Shown here piece by piece: positions 1-6,956 of a DNA stretch of 32,000 bases. Within the stretch, counting starts at the first letter, position 1, and the number at the start of each line of letters is the position of its first letter. Under the pieces are notes generated by a model. The model had not been told where the DNA came from. It ran no database searches and worked only from the letters and a program-made list of their open reading frames with translations. A program made the position numbers and the translations under genes. Source of the DNA: Bellilinea caldifistulae (lineage in GTDB: Bacteria > Chloroflexota > Anaerolineae > Anaerolineales > Anaerolineaceae); the NCBI RefSeq assembly GCF_001306055.1, contig NZ_LGHJ01000017.1, positions 243,516-275,515 on the forward strand, given 5' to 3'.

Positions 1-6
1 AACTAT

Positions 7-108
7 AGAACGTTCCAATGGTTTTCAAGGAACGTTCCATTACAACGTTCCTTGAAAAGTAAAGGAACGCTATTATGGAACGTTCCTTCAAAAAATCAAG
101 AACGTTTC
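7..108. promoter_or_regulatory. Array of palindromic GGAACGTTCC boxes (operator- or iteron-like binding sites)
   Basis: The perfect 10-bp palindrome GGAACGTTCC occurs at 29-38 and 77-86. Near copies are aGAACGTTCC 7-16, cAACGTTCC 43-51, GGAACGc 64-70 and aGAACGTTtC 99-108. Boxes 2 and 3 sit inside a longer inverted repeat, CAAGGAACG (26-34) / CGTTCCTTG (46-54). Confidence 0.6.
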
Positions 109-246
109 TTGTCGCGTTTAGAAGCCCTACAAGCCCTCTATTTTTCATGGGTGGCTATGTCAATATGGGTTGTTTGAAAAGGTGGCTGAAAATGGCTAAT
201 TTCGATTGTTTCAGAAACAACCAAAATCCAGTTTTGGAGGTGAAAA

Positions 247-540
247 ATGAGCAGTGAAATCATGGCAAGAGTATGGCAAAACAGCCAGGCGGGGGGCGAC
301 AAACTGTTGTTGCTGCTGGCGTTGGCAGATGGGGCGGACGGCGATGGTCTGGTCATTGTGAACAAGCCGCTGCTGGCGGACAAGTGTCGTCGAAGCGTGA
401 AAGGGATCGAGCGGGCGTTGGAGGAGTTGGAGCGAGCGAACGAACTGGTGCGCAGGGGAAACCTGGCGGTCATTCTGGCAGGGCGGGATCGGGACGAGGG
501 TGAAACCGTCCTGCGCCGTTGGGAGGTGGGGAATGAGTAA
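247..540 (+). CDS. Small winged-helix/HTH DNA-binding protein of mobile-element type
   Basis: ATG 247 is preceded by GGAGGTG (236-242). The product is 97 aa. The segment LLLLLALADGADGDG...CRRSVKGIERALEELERANEL is typical of small wHTH proteins of phages and plasmids. The function is inferred. Confidence 0.65.
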   Translation: MSSEIMARVWQNSQAGGDKLLLLLALADGADGDGLVIVNKPLLADKCRRSVKGIERALEELERANELVRRGNLAVILAGRDRDEGETVLRRWEVGNE

Positions 541-623
541 TGATTTGCAAGGCGTGATCAACCTGATTCGGGCGATAGCGGCGAATATACGGATTTAGAC
601 AATTTAGCGGGAGGGAAGAGGTG

Positions 624-1682
624 ATGAGTGAAAACGACGATTTCGGCCCGATACTGGACGGGATCAGCATACCGGACACGGTGGTGCTGCCGCCGGAGGT
701 GGTGATGCTCTTGCCGTGGCTGAGCCTGGCGGAGTTGAAGGTGGTGATTGCGGCGGTTGCCCGGCTGATGCAGGTGGGGGGCGCCGAGCCGATCACCCTG
801 TCGGAGTTTCAGGAGTTGACCGGCTTATCGCGCCCGGCGGTGCTGGACGGCATTGAACGGGCGATGAAACGGGGGCTGCTGATGCGCTTCGAGATGACCG
901 GTTATCGTGGTCACACCATGCACGTGTACGAGTTGAAACCGAGGGCTATCGGTGGGAATTTTCCACCGATTGGCGGCTCAATCGGTAAAGATTTTATCGG
1001 TAAAAAATTTTTACCGATTACGCCTATTAAAGCAAAGCAAAGTAAAGATGTTGTTAATGATCTAGATTTAACAACAACAAACTTTGCTTTGCTTAACTTA
1101 AGCGAGCGCGAAAAAATTTTTTCAAAAAAAACGCCCGAAAACGAGGCAAAAAACGGGCTTTTTGCGCGGTTGCGCAAAATCGGAATTTACGCCAAAACAG
1201 CAAGATTTTTGCTGGATCACTTCCCCCTGGAGCGGATCGAAAAGTGTTTGGGGTTGTACCCATTGGCGGTCAAAGCGGGAAGAGCGGATGGTCCCGGCTG
1301 GCTGGTCAAAGCGGTGAGCGATGCGACCTGGGATTTGGACATCGAGCAAGCCGACCTGCAGGAGCGGGTTGAAGCGCAAACGGCAGAACAAGGCAAATCG
1401 AACGGACGCCGAAAACCGACCAAACCACAGTTGCCCAAGAGCATGGCGGAGGGGCTGCAAGAAATCGGCTGGAACGGGAACCCAGCGGAGTTGGCGGAGT
1501 ATTACCGCGCCGACCGCAAAGCGTTCAAGGCGTGGTTGGAATGGGCTTTGACGCAGCCGAGGGAATATGCTGCCGCCCGCTTTCTGACCGGGCTGCGTTC
1601 CGGGCTGCTGCCGCCCAAAAAACAAACCGATGACCGCCGCCGGTATGTCGAGGGTGAGTATGCGGACTTCATCGAGCATTAG
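624..1682 (+). CDS. Replication-initiator-like protein (N-terminal wHTH, repeat-encoded linker, helical C-terminal domain)
   Basis: RBS GGGAGGG (609-615) precedes GTG 621 / ATG 624. There is a wHTH-like stretch ITLSEFQELTGLSRPAVLDGIERAMKRGLL. The central low-complexity linker is encoded by the AT-rich repeat block at 948-1178. The reading frame is confident. The product name is an inference from architecture. Confidence 0.6.
   Translation: MSENDDFGPILDGISIPDTVVLPPEVVMLLPWLSLAELKVVIAAVARLMQVGGAEPITLSEFQELTGLSRPAVLDGIERAMKRGLLMRFEMTGYRGHTMHVYELKPRAIGGNFPPIGGSIGKDFIGKKFLPITPIKAKQSKDVVNDLDLTTTNFALLNLSEREKIFSKKTPENEAKNGLFARLRKIGIYAKTARFLLDHFPLERIEKCLGLYPLAVKAGRADGPGWLVKAVSDATWDLDIEQADLQERVEAQTAEQGKSNGRRKPTKPQLPKSMAEGLQEIGWNGNPAELAEYYRADRKAFKAWLEWALTQPREYAAARFLTGLRSGLLPPKKQTDDRRRYVEGEYADFIEH
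948..1178. repeat. Origin-like block of ATCGGT iterons and nested palindromes inside the initiator ORF
   Basis: Palindrome ATCGGTGG-gaatttt-CCACCGAT spans 948-970, and an extra ATCGGT copy starts at 981. Palindrome ATCGGTAAAAAATTTTTACCGAT spans 996-1018. A long hairpin pairs AAGCAAAGCAAAGT (1030-1043) with ACTTTGCTTTGCTT (1081-1094), enclosing GTTGTTAA...TTAACAAC. Further pairs are GCCCG (1133-1137)/CGGGC (1154-1158) and TTTGCGC (1161-1167)/GCGCAAA (1172-1178). The block is AT-rich within a GC-rich gene. Confidence 0.65.
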
Positions 1683-1902
1683 GCAGTTGCAGGAGCAATT
1701 GGGCGGCGAGTTGGTCATCGAGTTAGTGCGGGACTTACCCACCGCCGAACTGCAAGCCGCCTTTCTGGACGAGAATCACCCGCTGGCCAAAGATTTGCGG
1801 ACGGCGGTCATAGCAGCGGTGGATGCCGGGCGCAATCATGCGCGGCAGATCGTGGTCACGGCGTTGGAGAAGGTTTTACAGGAGCGGTTGGATGAACGAT
1901 AA
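1660..1902 (+). CDS. Hypothetical small protein
   Basis: ATG 1660 follows GAGGGTGAG. The ORF overlaps the 3' end of the upstream gene and the start of the next one, an operon-style arrangement. No motif recognised. Confidence 0.45.
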   Translation: MRTSSSIRQLQEQLGGELVIELVRDLPTAELQAAFLDENHPLAKDLRTAVIAAVDAGRNHARQIVVTALEKVLQERLDER

Positions 1903-2290
1903 ATTTCTGCCGATTGTGGGCAAGATCATCCGCCATGCCCGGCGGGTGCAGCGGGAGTTGGGACCGGGACATGCCGAACTGGTGTATCATCGGGCGTTGC
2001 TGCTGGAATTGCGCTCCGCCGGTGAAGAAGTGTTTTACCAGCCGCGCCTGAAAGTGCGCTATGACGGGCAGGCAGTGGGTGAGGTGGTGCCGGACTTGCT
2101 GGTGCGCAAGGGCAACGCTTCGGTGTTGATCGAGTGCAAGGCAACGGGGCGGTTCGAGCAGGCGGACTTCGACCAGTTGCGCCGCTACCTGCGGGCGTAT
2201 CAGGGCGATGCGGTGGGGCTGCTGCTGGGCTTTAGCGGCGAGCGGTTGGAGTTCCGGCGGGTGTGGCGGGAAGAGCGGGTAAAATCTTGA
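1892..2290 (+). CDS. GxxExxY family protein (PD-(D/E)XK nuclease-like fold)
   Basis: The sequence MNDKFLPIVGKII...LGPGHAELVYHRAL contains the G-x-x-E-x-x-Y signature (GHAELVY). It is followed by PDLLV...VLIECKA, a D...ExK-like core. Confidence 0.75.
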   Translation: MNDKFLPIVGKIIRHARRVQRELGPGHAELVYHRALLLELRSAGEEVFYQPRLKVRYDGQAVGEVVPDLLVRKGNASVLIECKATGRFEQADFDQLRRYLRAYQGDAVGLLLGFSGERLEFRRVWREERVKS

Positions 2291-2306
2291 AAAACCGGGA
2301 GGTTTG

Positions 2307-2738
2307 ATGAAACGGTACAATCAGGTGATTCTGGACGGGCAGATGAGCCTGAGGCGGGTGTACGCCATCCGGGGCGTGCTGGCGGTAGAAGCCGTCCTGT
2401 CCACCGATTTGGCGGTGCTGGGCGGCAGTCATCGGGTGGTGTGTGAGAACGACCTGGCGCTGGAAACGCTGGCGTTCGTCCTGACCAGCCGGGCGCATCG
2501 GGAAGCCCTGCACGCCACCGTCCACGGCTGGCTGTGGTCTGCGGATGAGCGGGCGCATGTGGTTGCCCGTGAAGTGGTCTTTCATGTCCCGCCGCTTCTG
2601 CGGGAGCAGGCGGTCAATGTCATCAAGCAGTTGCGGAAATCGCAGCCCGGCTTGCCGGAGCGAGTAGCGGTGAACGGCTGGCAGGTGAATGTGCGGGAGA
2701 TCCTGGCGGATGTGGAGATGGACGGCGCGCCGGTCTAG
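2307..2738 (+). CDS. Hypothetical protein
   Basis: GGGAGG is followed by TTG 2304 / ATG 2307. The ORF is GC-rich and co-directional with its neighbours. No recognisable motif. Confidence 0.55.
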   Translation: MKRYNQVILDGQMSLRRVYAIRGVLAVEAVLSTDLAVLGGSHRVVCENDLALETLAFVLTSRAHREALHATVHGWLWSADERAHVVAREVVFHVPPLLREQAVNVIKQLRKSQPGLPERVAVNGWQVNVREILADVEMDGAPV

Positions 2739-2915
2739 CGACCGGCAAGGGCAGCCTGGCGGCTGGGCGTGCGGCACAAAGCGCCTTGCGCCCCGTCACC
2801 GCTGGACGCCTAGCGGCGTCTGCGCTCTTGGCGTAGCCGCCTGCGTTCGGGGGCGCACCGGCGCAGGTGTGCCTTGTGCGGGCTACCGCCCGCTGAATCT
2901 TTGCGGAGGCGCAGC

Positions 2916-3119
2916 ATGGACTACCTGATGCGGTTTTTCAGAAATGTGCTGGTTTTGTTTTTGGTCGTGGGCGGGATGCTGCTGGTCTTGCTGCTCACCG
3001 GTCAGGGTGAGGCTTTGAACGTGTTTGGCTCGATGTTCGAGGTCTATGATGCACTGGGCATATTGCCGTATGTGTTGATTTTGCTGATATTGGCTGTTTT
3101 ACCGAAACGGCGGAGGTAA
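2916..3119 (+). CDS. Small two-TM membrane protein
   Basis: ATG 2916 follows GCGGAGG. Two hydrophobic helices (VLVLFLVVGGMLLVLLL and ILPYVLILLILAVL) precede a basic C-terminus, KRRR. Confidence 0.55.
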   Translation: MDYLMRFFRNVLVLFLVVGGMLLVLLLTGQGEALNVFGSMFEVYDALGILPYVLILLILAVLPKRRR

Positions 3120-3213
3120 AGGGCTGAACGAGGTGGTATGGCGTTTCGACATCACAAAACGAACCGGCAAATTTTGCCGCTTCGTTTTTGGGACGTGCGG
3201 GGAGGAGTGAGGC

Positions 3214-4104
3214 ATGAATGCCCTGGATTTGTTCTGCGGTGGTGGTGGGGCTGGTCTGGCGATGGCACGCTTGGGGCTTGAGCCGCTGGGGGTGGATCGG
3301 GATGAGAGCGCACTGGAGGTTTACCGGCATGTGGGTACAACAGTGCGGGGAGATGGGGCGCATCTCGACCCGCTTGCTGTGTGGGAGGAGAATCTACCGC
3401 CCTGGTTGATCTGGGCGTCTCCACCCTGTCAGCCGTGGAGCGAAGGGAGGCGCAATCGGGGCTTGCTGTGGGGCTTTGAGACGACCGGCGGTAAACTCCT
3501 GTTGGAGCCCTTGCGTTGGGCAGAGGCACTTAAGCCGGAGTGGGTGGTGGTGGAGAACGTGGATGGATTGCCGGATGAGCAAATCGTGCCGCTCACGGAT
3601 GGGCTGGCCAGGCAGTTTGCCTTTGTCAGCATCCTGCGCTTGAACGCACGGGACTGGCTTCCGCAGAAACGAGGGCATGTGTTTGTGATTGGCGGTCCCG
3701 CTCCGGTGGTTGAACCGGCGGGAGCGGGTGGAAAACGCTTTGGTGATATTCTGGATGGACATGACGCCGAACCGGTGAAAGCCAATCACCTGCGCTACGC
3801 CCTGCGCAAGCGATTCGATGTGCCGATTGTGACACTGGATGACGTACTGCCAACGGTGACGACCCGACCGTACAGCCAGCGGTGGACGGCGTTCGTGATG
3901 ACCGAGCGGGGTAAACTGCGCTTCCCAACGTTTCTGGAAGCGGCACGGGCGCAGGGTTTCCCGGATGAGCATCCTCTTCATGACCTGTACCGAAGGCATC
4001 CACAAGTTGCCTGGCGTTTACTGGGCAACGCTGTGCCGGTGCCTCTGGCAGAGTCAGTATTGCGGGTACTCATTGGAGCGGGCGATGAGGGTGGTGGGGG
4101 GTAA
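3214..4104 (+). CDS. DNA (cytosine-5)-methyltransferase
   Basis: Motif I is LDLFCGGGGAG, motif IV ASPPCQPWS, motif VI VVVENVDG, motif VIII QKRGHVFVIG and motif X LGNAVPVPLAESV. RBS GGGGAGGAG lies upstream. Confidence 0.9.
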   Translation: MNALDLFCGGGGAGLAMARLGLEPLGVDRDESALEVYRHVGTTVRGDGAHLDPLAVWEENLPPWLIWASPPCQPWSEGRRNRGLLWGFETTGGKLLLEPLRWAEALKPEWVVVENVDGLPDEQIVPLTDGLARQFAFVSILRLNARDWLPQKRGHVFVIGGPAPVVEPAGAGGKRFGDILDGHDAEPVKANHLRYALRKRFDVPIVTLDDVLPTVTTRPYSQRWTAFVMTERGKLRFPTFLEAARAQGFPDEHPLHDLYRRHPQVAWRLLGNAVPVPLAESVLRVLIGAGDEGGGG

Positions 4105-4143
4105 TTGCATGGCGAAACAAATCGGAATTGTTTGGGAGCGAAA

Positions 4144-4614
4144 ATGAGTTACGCCTTTCGCAAACACGACTACAACCTGGACGACTTTGACCGTTGCCCG
4201 GAACACGGCTGTGTGATGATGCAGGTACAGGACTTGCCGCCGGTGTGTTTGATTGAGTGGCTGGTCAAGAACGCTGCCGAGCGCAGGGTGCGGGACGTGA
4301 TTCCGCGTGAGCCGGTCAATCCGGTGGAGGCGGGACTGCCGGGGGTGGTACTGGACAACGGCTTTCTGCTGCCGGTGCGCAAGGCGGTGGATGTGGCATC
4401 GAGGAGACCGGACGGCGAGGTGAACGAGAGCATCGTGGGCTGGCGGGTGACGGACATTCTCTACATGCGGGGGGAGAATCAAGAGTTGGTGGGGGTAGAA
4501 CTGCTGCCGGACGGGACGGTGGTGGACGAGGATCCGGGTTTTCTGCTGTATCTGGACATGCAGATACTGCTCTACCTGCTGTTCGATGAGGAAATCCGCA
4601 AGTGTGAGCCGTGA
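4144..4614 (+). CDS. Hypothetical protein
   Basis: ATG 4144 follows GGGAGCG (the track start at 4105 is TTG). It is co-directional and directly downstream of the methyltransferase. No motif beyond CPEHGC near the N-terminus. Confidence 0.55.
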   Translation: MSYAFRKHDYNLDDFDRCPEHGCVMMQVQDLPPVCLIEWLVKNAAERRVRDVIPREPVNPVEAGLPGVVLDNGFLLPVRKAVDVASRRPDGEVNESIVGWRVTDILYMRGENQELVGVELLPDGTVVDEDPGFLLYLDMQILLYLLFDEEIRKCEP

Positions 4615-4765
4615 GGTAAAATGACCGTACCCGGAAACTGGCGGAACGGATTGCTTGCCGTAAAATCCGGCGGGGATACCGCTTTTCGGCAGGGTGAGGG
4701 CAGGGTTGCGGGAAAAATCTTATCCGTACCATTGTGCCAGGAAAAAATAGGGGGGTTGCAGGCAC

Positions 4766-4811
4766 AAGGGTACGCTTGTGGTAAGGTAGCGGAAGGGTAC
4801 GCTTGTAATAT
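4766..4811 (+). promoter_or_regulatory. Direct repeat AAGGGTACGCTTGT x2 with a -10-like TAATAT
   Basis: Identical 14-mers occur at 4766-4779 and 4793-4806. The first lies within the palindrome CACAAG-ggtacg-CTTGTG. The second abuts TAATAT (4806-4811), about 18 nt before ATG 4829. Confidence 0.4.
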
Positions 4812-4828
4812 ACTGACATATCCCGCTT

Positions 4829-5557
4829 ATGCAAAAAGTGAGACCAATTCGTAGTGACTTGTGGAGACGTGTCGAAAATGCCTTGCAAATTCTGGCGGAG
4901 GGAGTTTCCCTGCGGGTTGAGGTGGAGTACCGCATGGGAATACACGGCGGGGCTTCTAAACGCCTGTTCGATACCCTGATTGCGGAGGGATTTGTCGAGC
5001 AGTGGCTTTTGCCAATGAACCGCTTTACTTACGGTGTCGTTCGCCTTACAGAGTTAGGAGCCGACTTCACCATGCGGGAGTACGGCATCGCAATAAACCC
5101 TTCCGAGTGGGATGTTCTTGTCCAAAAACACAACGCCGAAGAACACGCCAATCACGCCTTTGCCATCCTGTTGTTTGCCTACCATGCTCGCAGACGGGGC
5201 TGGCGGGTGGAAGTGTGTCCGCCGGTGGACAATCCGCTGGTCGAGCCGGATGTGCTGGTCGAGAAGGGCAGCGATCGGATTTATGTCGAAGTGGAAGTTT
5301 TACGCAATCCCCGCAAACTCCGAGACGGTGCAGATAACACCTGGGTACGCAAGTGGCGCAATCAGCGGAATTTTCAAGGGCGGGTGGCGGTATGCACCCT
5401 GACGCCCAAACGGATGCAGGGAATACTCCGCTATCTCAAACTGCGCTATCCGGGAGTGGCCACCGAACTGACCACGCTGGCAAAGCAGCCGGATAGTGAC
5501 CTGTGGCTGGAACGCTGGAACTGGCCAAACGAGTTTTCGATGCGAGGGTATCGGTAG
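4829..5557 (+). CDS. Hypothetical protein, possible N-terminal wHTH plus nuclease-like core
   Basis: A 242-aa ORF. The stretch VEPDVLVEKGSDRIYVEVEV is reminiscent of a PD-(D/E)XK core, but no clear catalytic Lys is visible. The function is not established. Confidence 0.6.
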   Translation: MQKVRPIRSDLWRRVENALQILAEGVSLRVEVEYRMGIHGGASKRLFDTLIAEGFVEQWLLPMNRFTYGVVRLTELGADFTMREYGIAINPSEWDVLVQKHNAEEHANHAFAILLFAYHARRRGWRVEVCPPVDNPLVEPDVLVEKGSDRIYVEVEVLRNPRKLRDGADNTWVRKWRNQRNFQGRVAVCTLTPKRMQGILRYLKLRYPGVATELTTLAKQPDSDLWLERWNWPNEFSMRGYR

Positions 5558-5561
5558 GGGG

Positions 5562-5607
5562 TTGACAAATTGTGTAATATTGTGTATCTTGTAAGCAAGA
5601 TTGTGTA
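5562..5607 (+). promoter_or_regulatory. Sigma70-like promoter with three ATTGTGTA repeats (likely antitoxin operator)
   Basis: TTGACA (5562-5567) is followed by a 17-nt spacer and TATCTT (5585-5590). ATTGTGTA occurs at 5569-5576, 5579-5586 and 5600-5607, immediately upstream of the RHH gene. Confidence 0.6.
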
Positions 5608-5623
5608 TTAGCGAGGTTATCTC

Positions 5624-5899
5624 ATGGAACGCTATCAGGTCTTGCTGGAACCGGAACAGAAAGAGCGCATTCAGCGTCTGGCTGCGCTGCAACGGCGGTC
5701 TGCTGCCAGCGTGCTGCGTCAGGCTTTGGACATTGGGCTGGATGCACTGGAAGGCAACGATGAGGTGTGGGAGCGGCGGATGGAAATTCTGTCCAAGAAC
5801 CGCAAACGCATGAAGAACCTGCCGCTGATTGAACTGGATTTGGTCAACGATGCCCGGCAGGAACGGGAGGAGGAGATTGAGCAAACATGGCGGTTGTGA
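5624..5899 (+). CDS. vapB: Ribbon-helix-helix (CopG-type) antitoxin
   Basis: The N-terminal beta-strand plus helix pattern is MERYQVLLEPEQKERIQRLAALQRRSAASVLRQAL. The gene overlaps the PIN gene by 13 nt. Confidence 0.8.
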   Translation: MERYQVLLEPEQKERIQRLAALQRRSAASVLRQALDIGLDALEGNDEVWERRMEILSKNRKRMKNLPLIELDLVNDARQEREEEIEQTWRL

Positions 5900-6318
5900 T
5901 TGACGCAAACATTGCCCTGGCTTTGTTCCTGCACCTGCCGTACACCGAACAGGCTTACCGCCTGATGGATCGTCTGCGGGAACGGCGGAGCGCCGTTCTG
6001 TCGCCGGTGTTGTGGGAGTACGAATGTTTGAGCGGTTTTCATCGAGCGGCGCAGTTAGGAGCAATCCGCCCCGAAGATGCGCGGGAGTTTATGGCTGACC
6101 TGCTGGCGTTGGAGATTGAGCGAGTAACGCCGACTGTTGAAAGTCATCATGCCGCCCTGCGCTGGGCGGAACGAATGGGACAGAGCAAAGCCTACGATGC
6201 CCAGTATGCAGCCCTGGCGGAGCAGTACGGGACGGAGTTGTGGAGCGCAGACCAGCGGCTGGTCAACACCCTGCAAGCACAGGGAGCAGGTTGGGCGCAT
6301 TGGATTGGGGAGGTGTGA
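5887..6318 (+). CDS. vapC: PIN-domain toxin (VapC-like ribonuclease)
   Basis: Acidic PIN residues are present in VVIDANI, LWEYE, AYDAQY and SADQRL. The size (143 aa) and the overlap with an upstream RHH gene fit a VapBC module. Confidence 0.85.
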   Translation: MAVVIDANIALALFLHLPYTEQAYRLMDRLRERRSAVLSPVLWEYECLSGFHRAAQLGAIRPEDAREFMADLLALEIERVTPTVESHHAALRWAERMGQSKAYDAQYAALAEQYGTELWSADQRLVNTLQAQGAGWAHWIGEV

Positions 6319-6319
6319 G

Positions 6320-6840
6320 GTGGCAGTCGTTACACGCAAAGGTTTGAAACTGGCAGCCCGCAACCTGGCAGCCTTGCCGTTCAGGGTTTTGCTGTTTGCG
6401 TTTGAGTGGGTGTTGCGCCTGACGATCATCGCCGTACTGGTCTTTGTGCTGGCTGTTGGCGGGGTGGGCTGGTACTTCTACGCCGTCAAAGCCAATCAGC
6501 CGATGCAGATTGACCCGCGCTTTGCCCGGACACTGCCGCCGGAAGGGATGACCTTCGGGAGTTCTGGCAAGACCGCTTTGCCGGGTGGGAGAAGATTGAC
6601 GAACTCCGCTATGATATGGGGGTATCAAAAAGCGATGATAATTGTCGCTTTGTAGGGTTTGTCTTATTTCCCGCCTATCAAATCCTGGCTCCCTCCCTGC
6701 GGGTGTATTTCGTGCGCACCCAGCCCTGAACAGCCGAAGCCGAATCGTGGATTCGGGGGATAAAAGGCATCATTGCGCCGGAGGATTTGCCATTTCTCGA
6801 TGCCTGGAGGTGGCAGATCGAGAACGAGTCATGGTGGTAG
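6320..6840 (+). pseudogene. Decayed paralog of the membrane protein at 22154..22618 (1-nt frameshift plus in-frame TGA)
   Basis: GTG 6320 follows GGGGAGG. Frame 2 gives a TM helix and then YAVKANQPMQIDP...PPEGMTF, compared with YKGNQPMQVPEAPKGMTYFEF in the paralog. Similarity continues in frame 1 from about 6553 (REFWQDRF...CRFVGFVLFPAYQILAPSLRVYFV). It then crosses TGA 6727-6729 (IAPEDLPFLDAWRWQIENESWW, stop at 6838-6840). Confidence 0.65.
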
Positions 6841-6956
6841 TGGGTTGACCATCAGGCTATCTGTAAACTGCCTCCACCGCAAAGACCGGCGGCAACTCCC
6901 TGACCTTGCAATTTTGTAAGGAACTGGAAAATACCACTTGCGAACGGAAAAATAAC

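Noticed and set aside
75-257. ORF 75..257 (+) across the GGAACGTTCC box array
   Set aside because: The region is better explained as a repeat/operator array. There is no RBS, and the ORF overlaps the RBS and start of the 247 gene.
1122-1742. Long antisense ORFs in GC-rich segments (1122..1742-, 2232..2777-, 3394..4005-, 4316..4945-, 5300..6064-, 14448..15344-, 27881..28486-, 28550..29170-)
   Set aside because: They lie opposite genes with clear family motifs. Their products are Arg/Pro/Gly/Ala-biased low-complexity translations, typical of shadow ORFs in GC-rich DNA. None has an RBS or recognisable motif.
3214-4104. In-frame stops created by 5-methylcytosine deamination driven by the resident C5 methyltransferase
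   Set aside because: The four stop contexts (CCCTGAACA, CATTAAGGA, GCTTAGGCC and TTGTAGCGG on the minus strand) share no common methylation-type motif. The flavodoxin stop is better explained by a Tyr codon change.
6642-6848. ORF 6642..6848 (+) as a separate small gene
   Set aside because: It is the wrong frame of the decayed paralog. The frame with similarity to 22154..22618 is frame 1 across this region.
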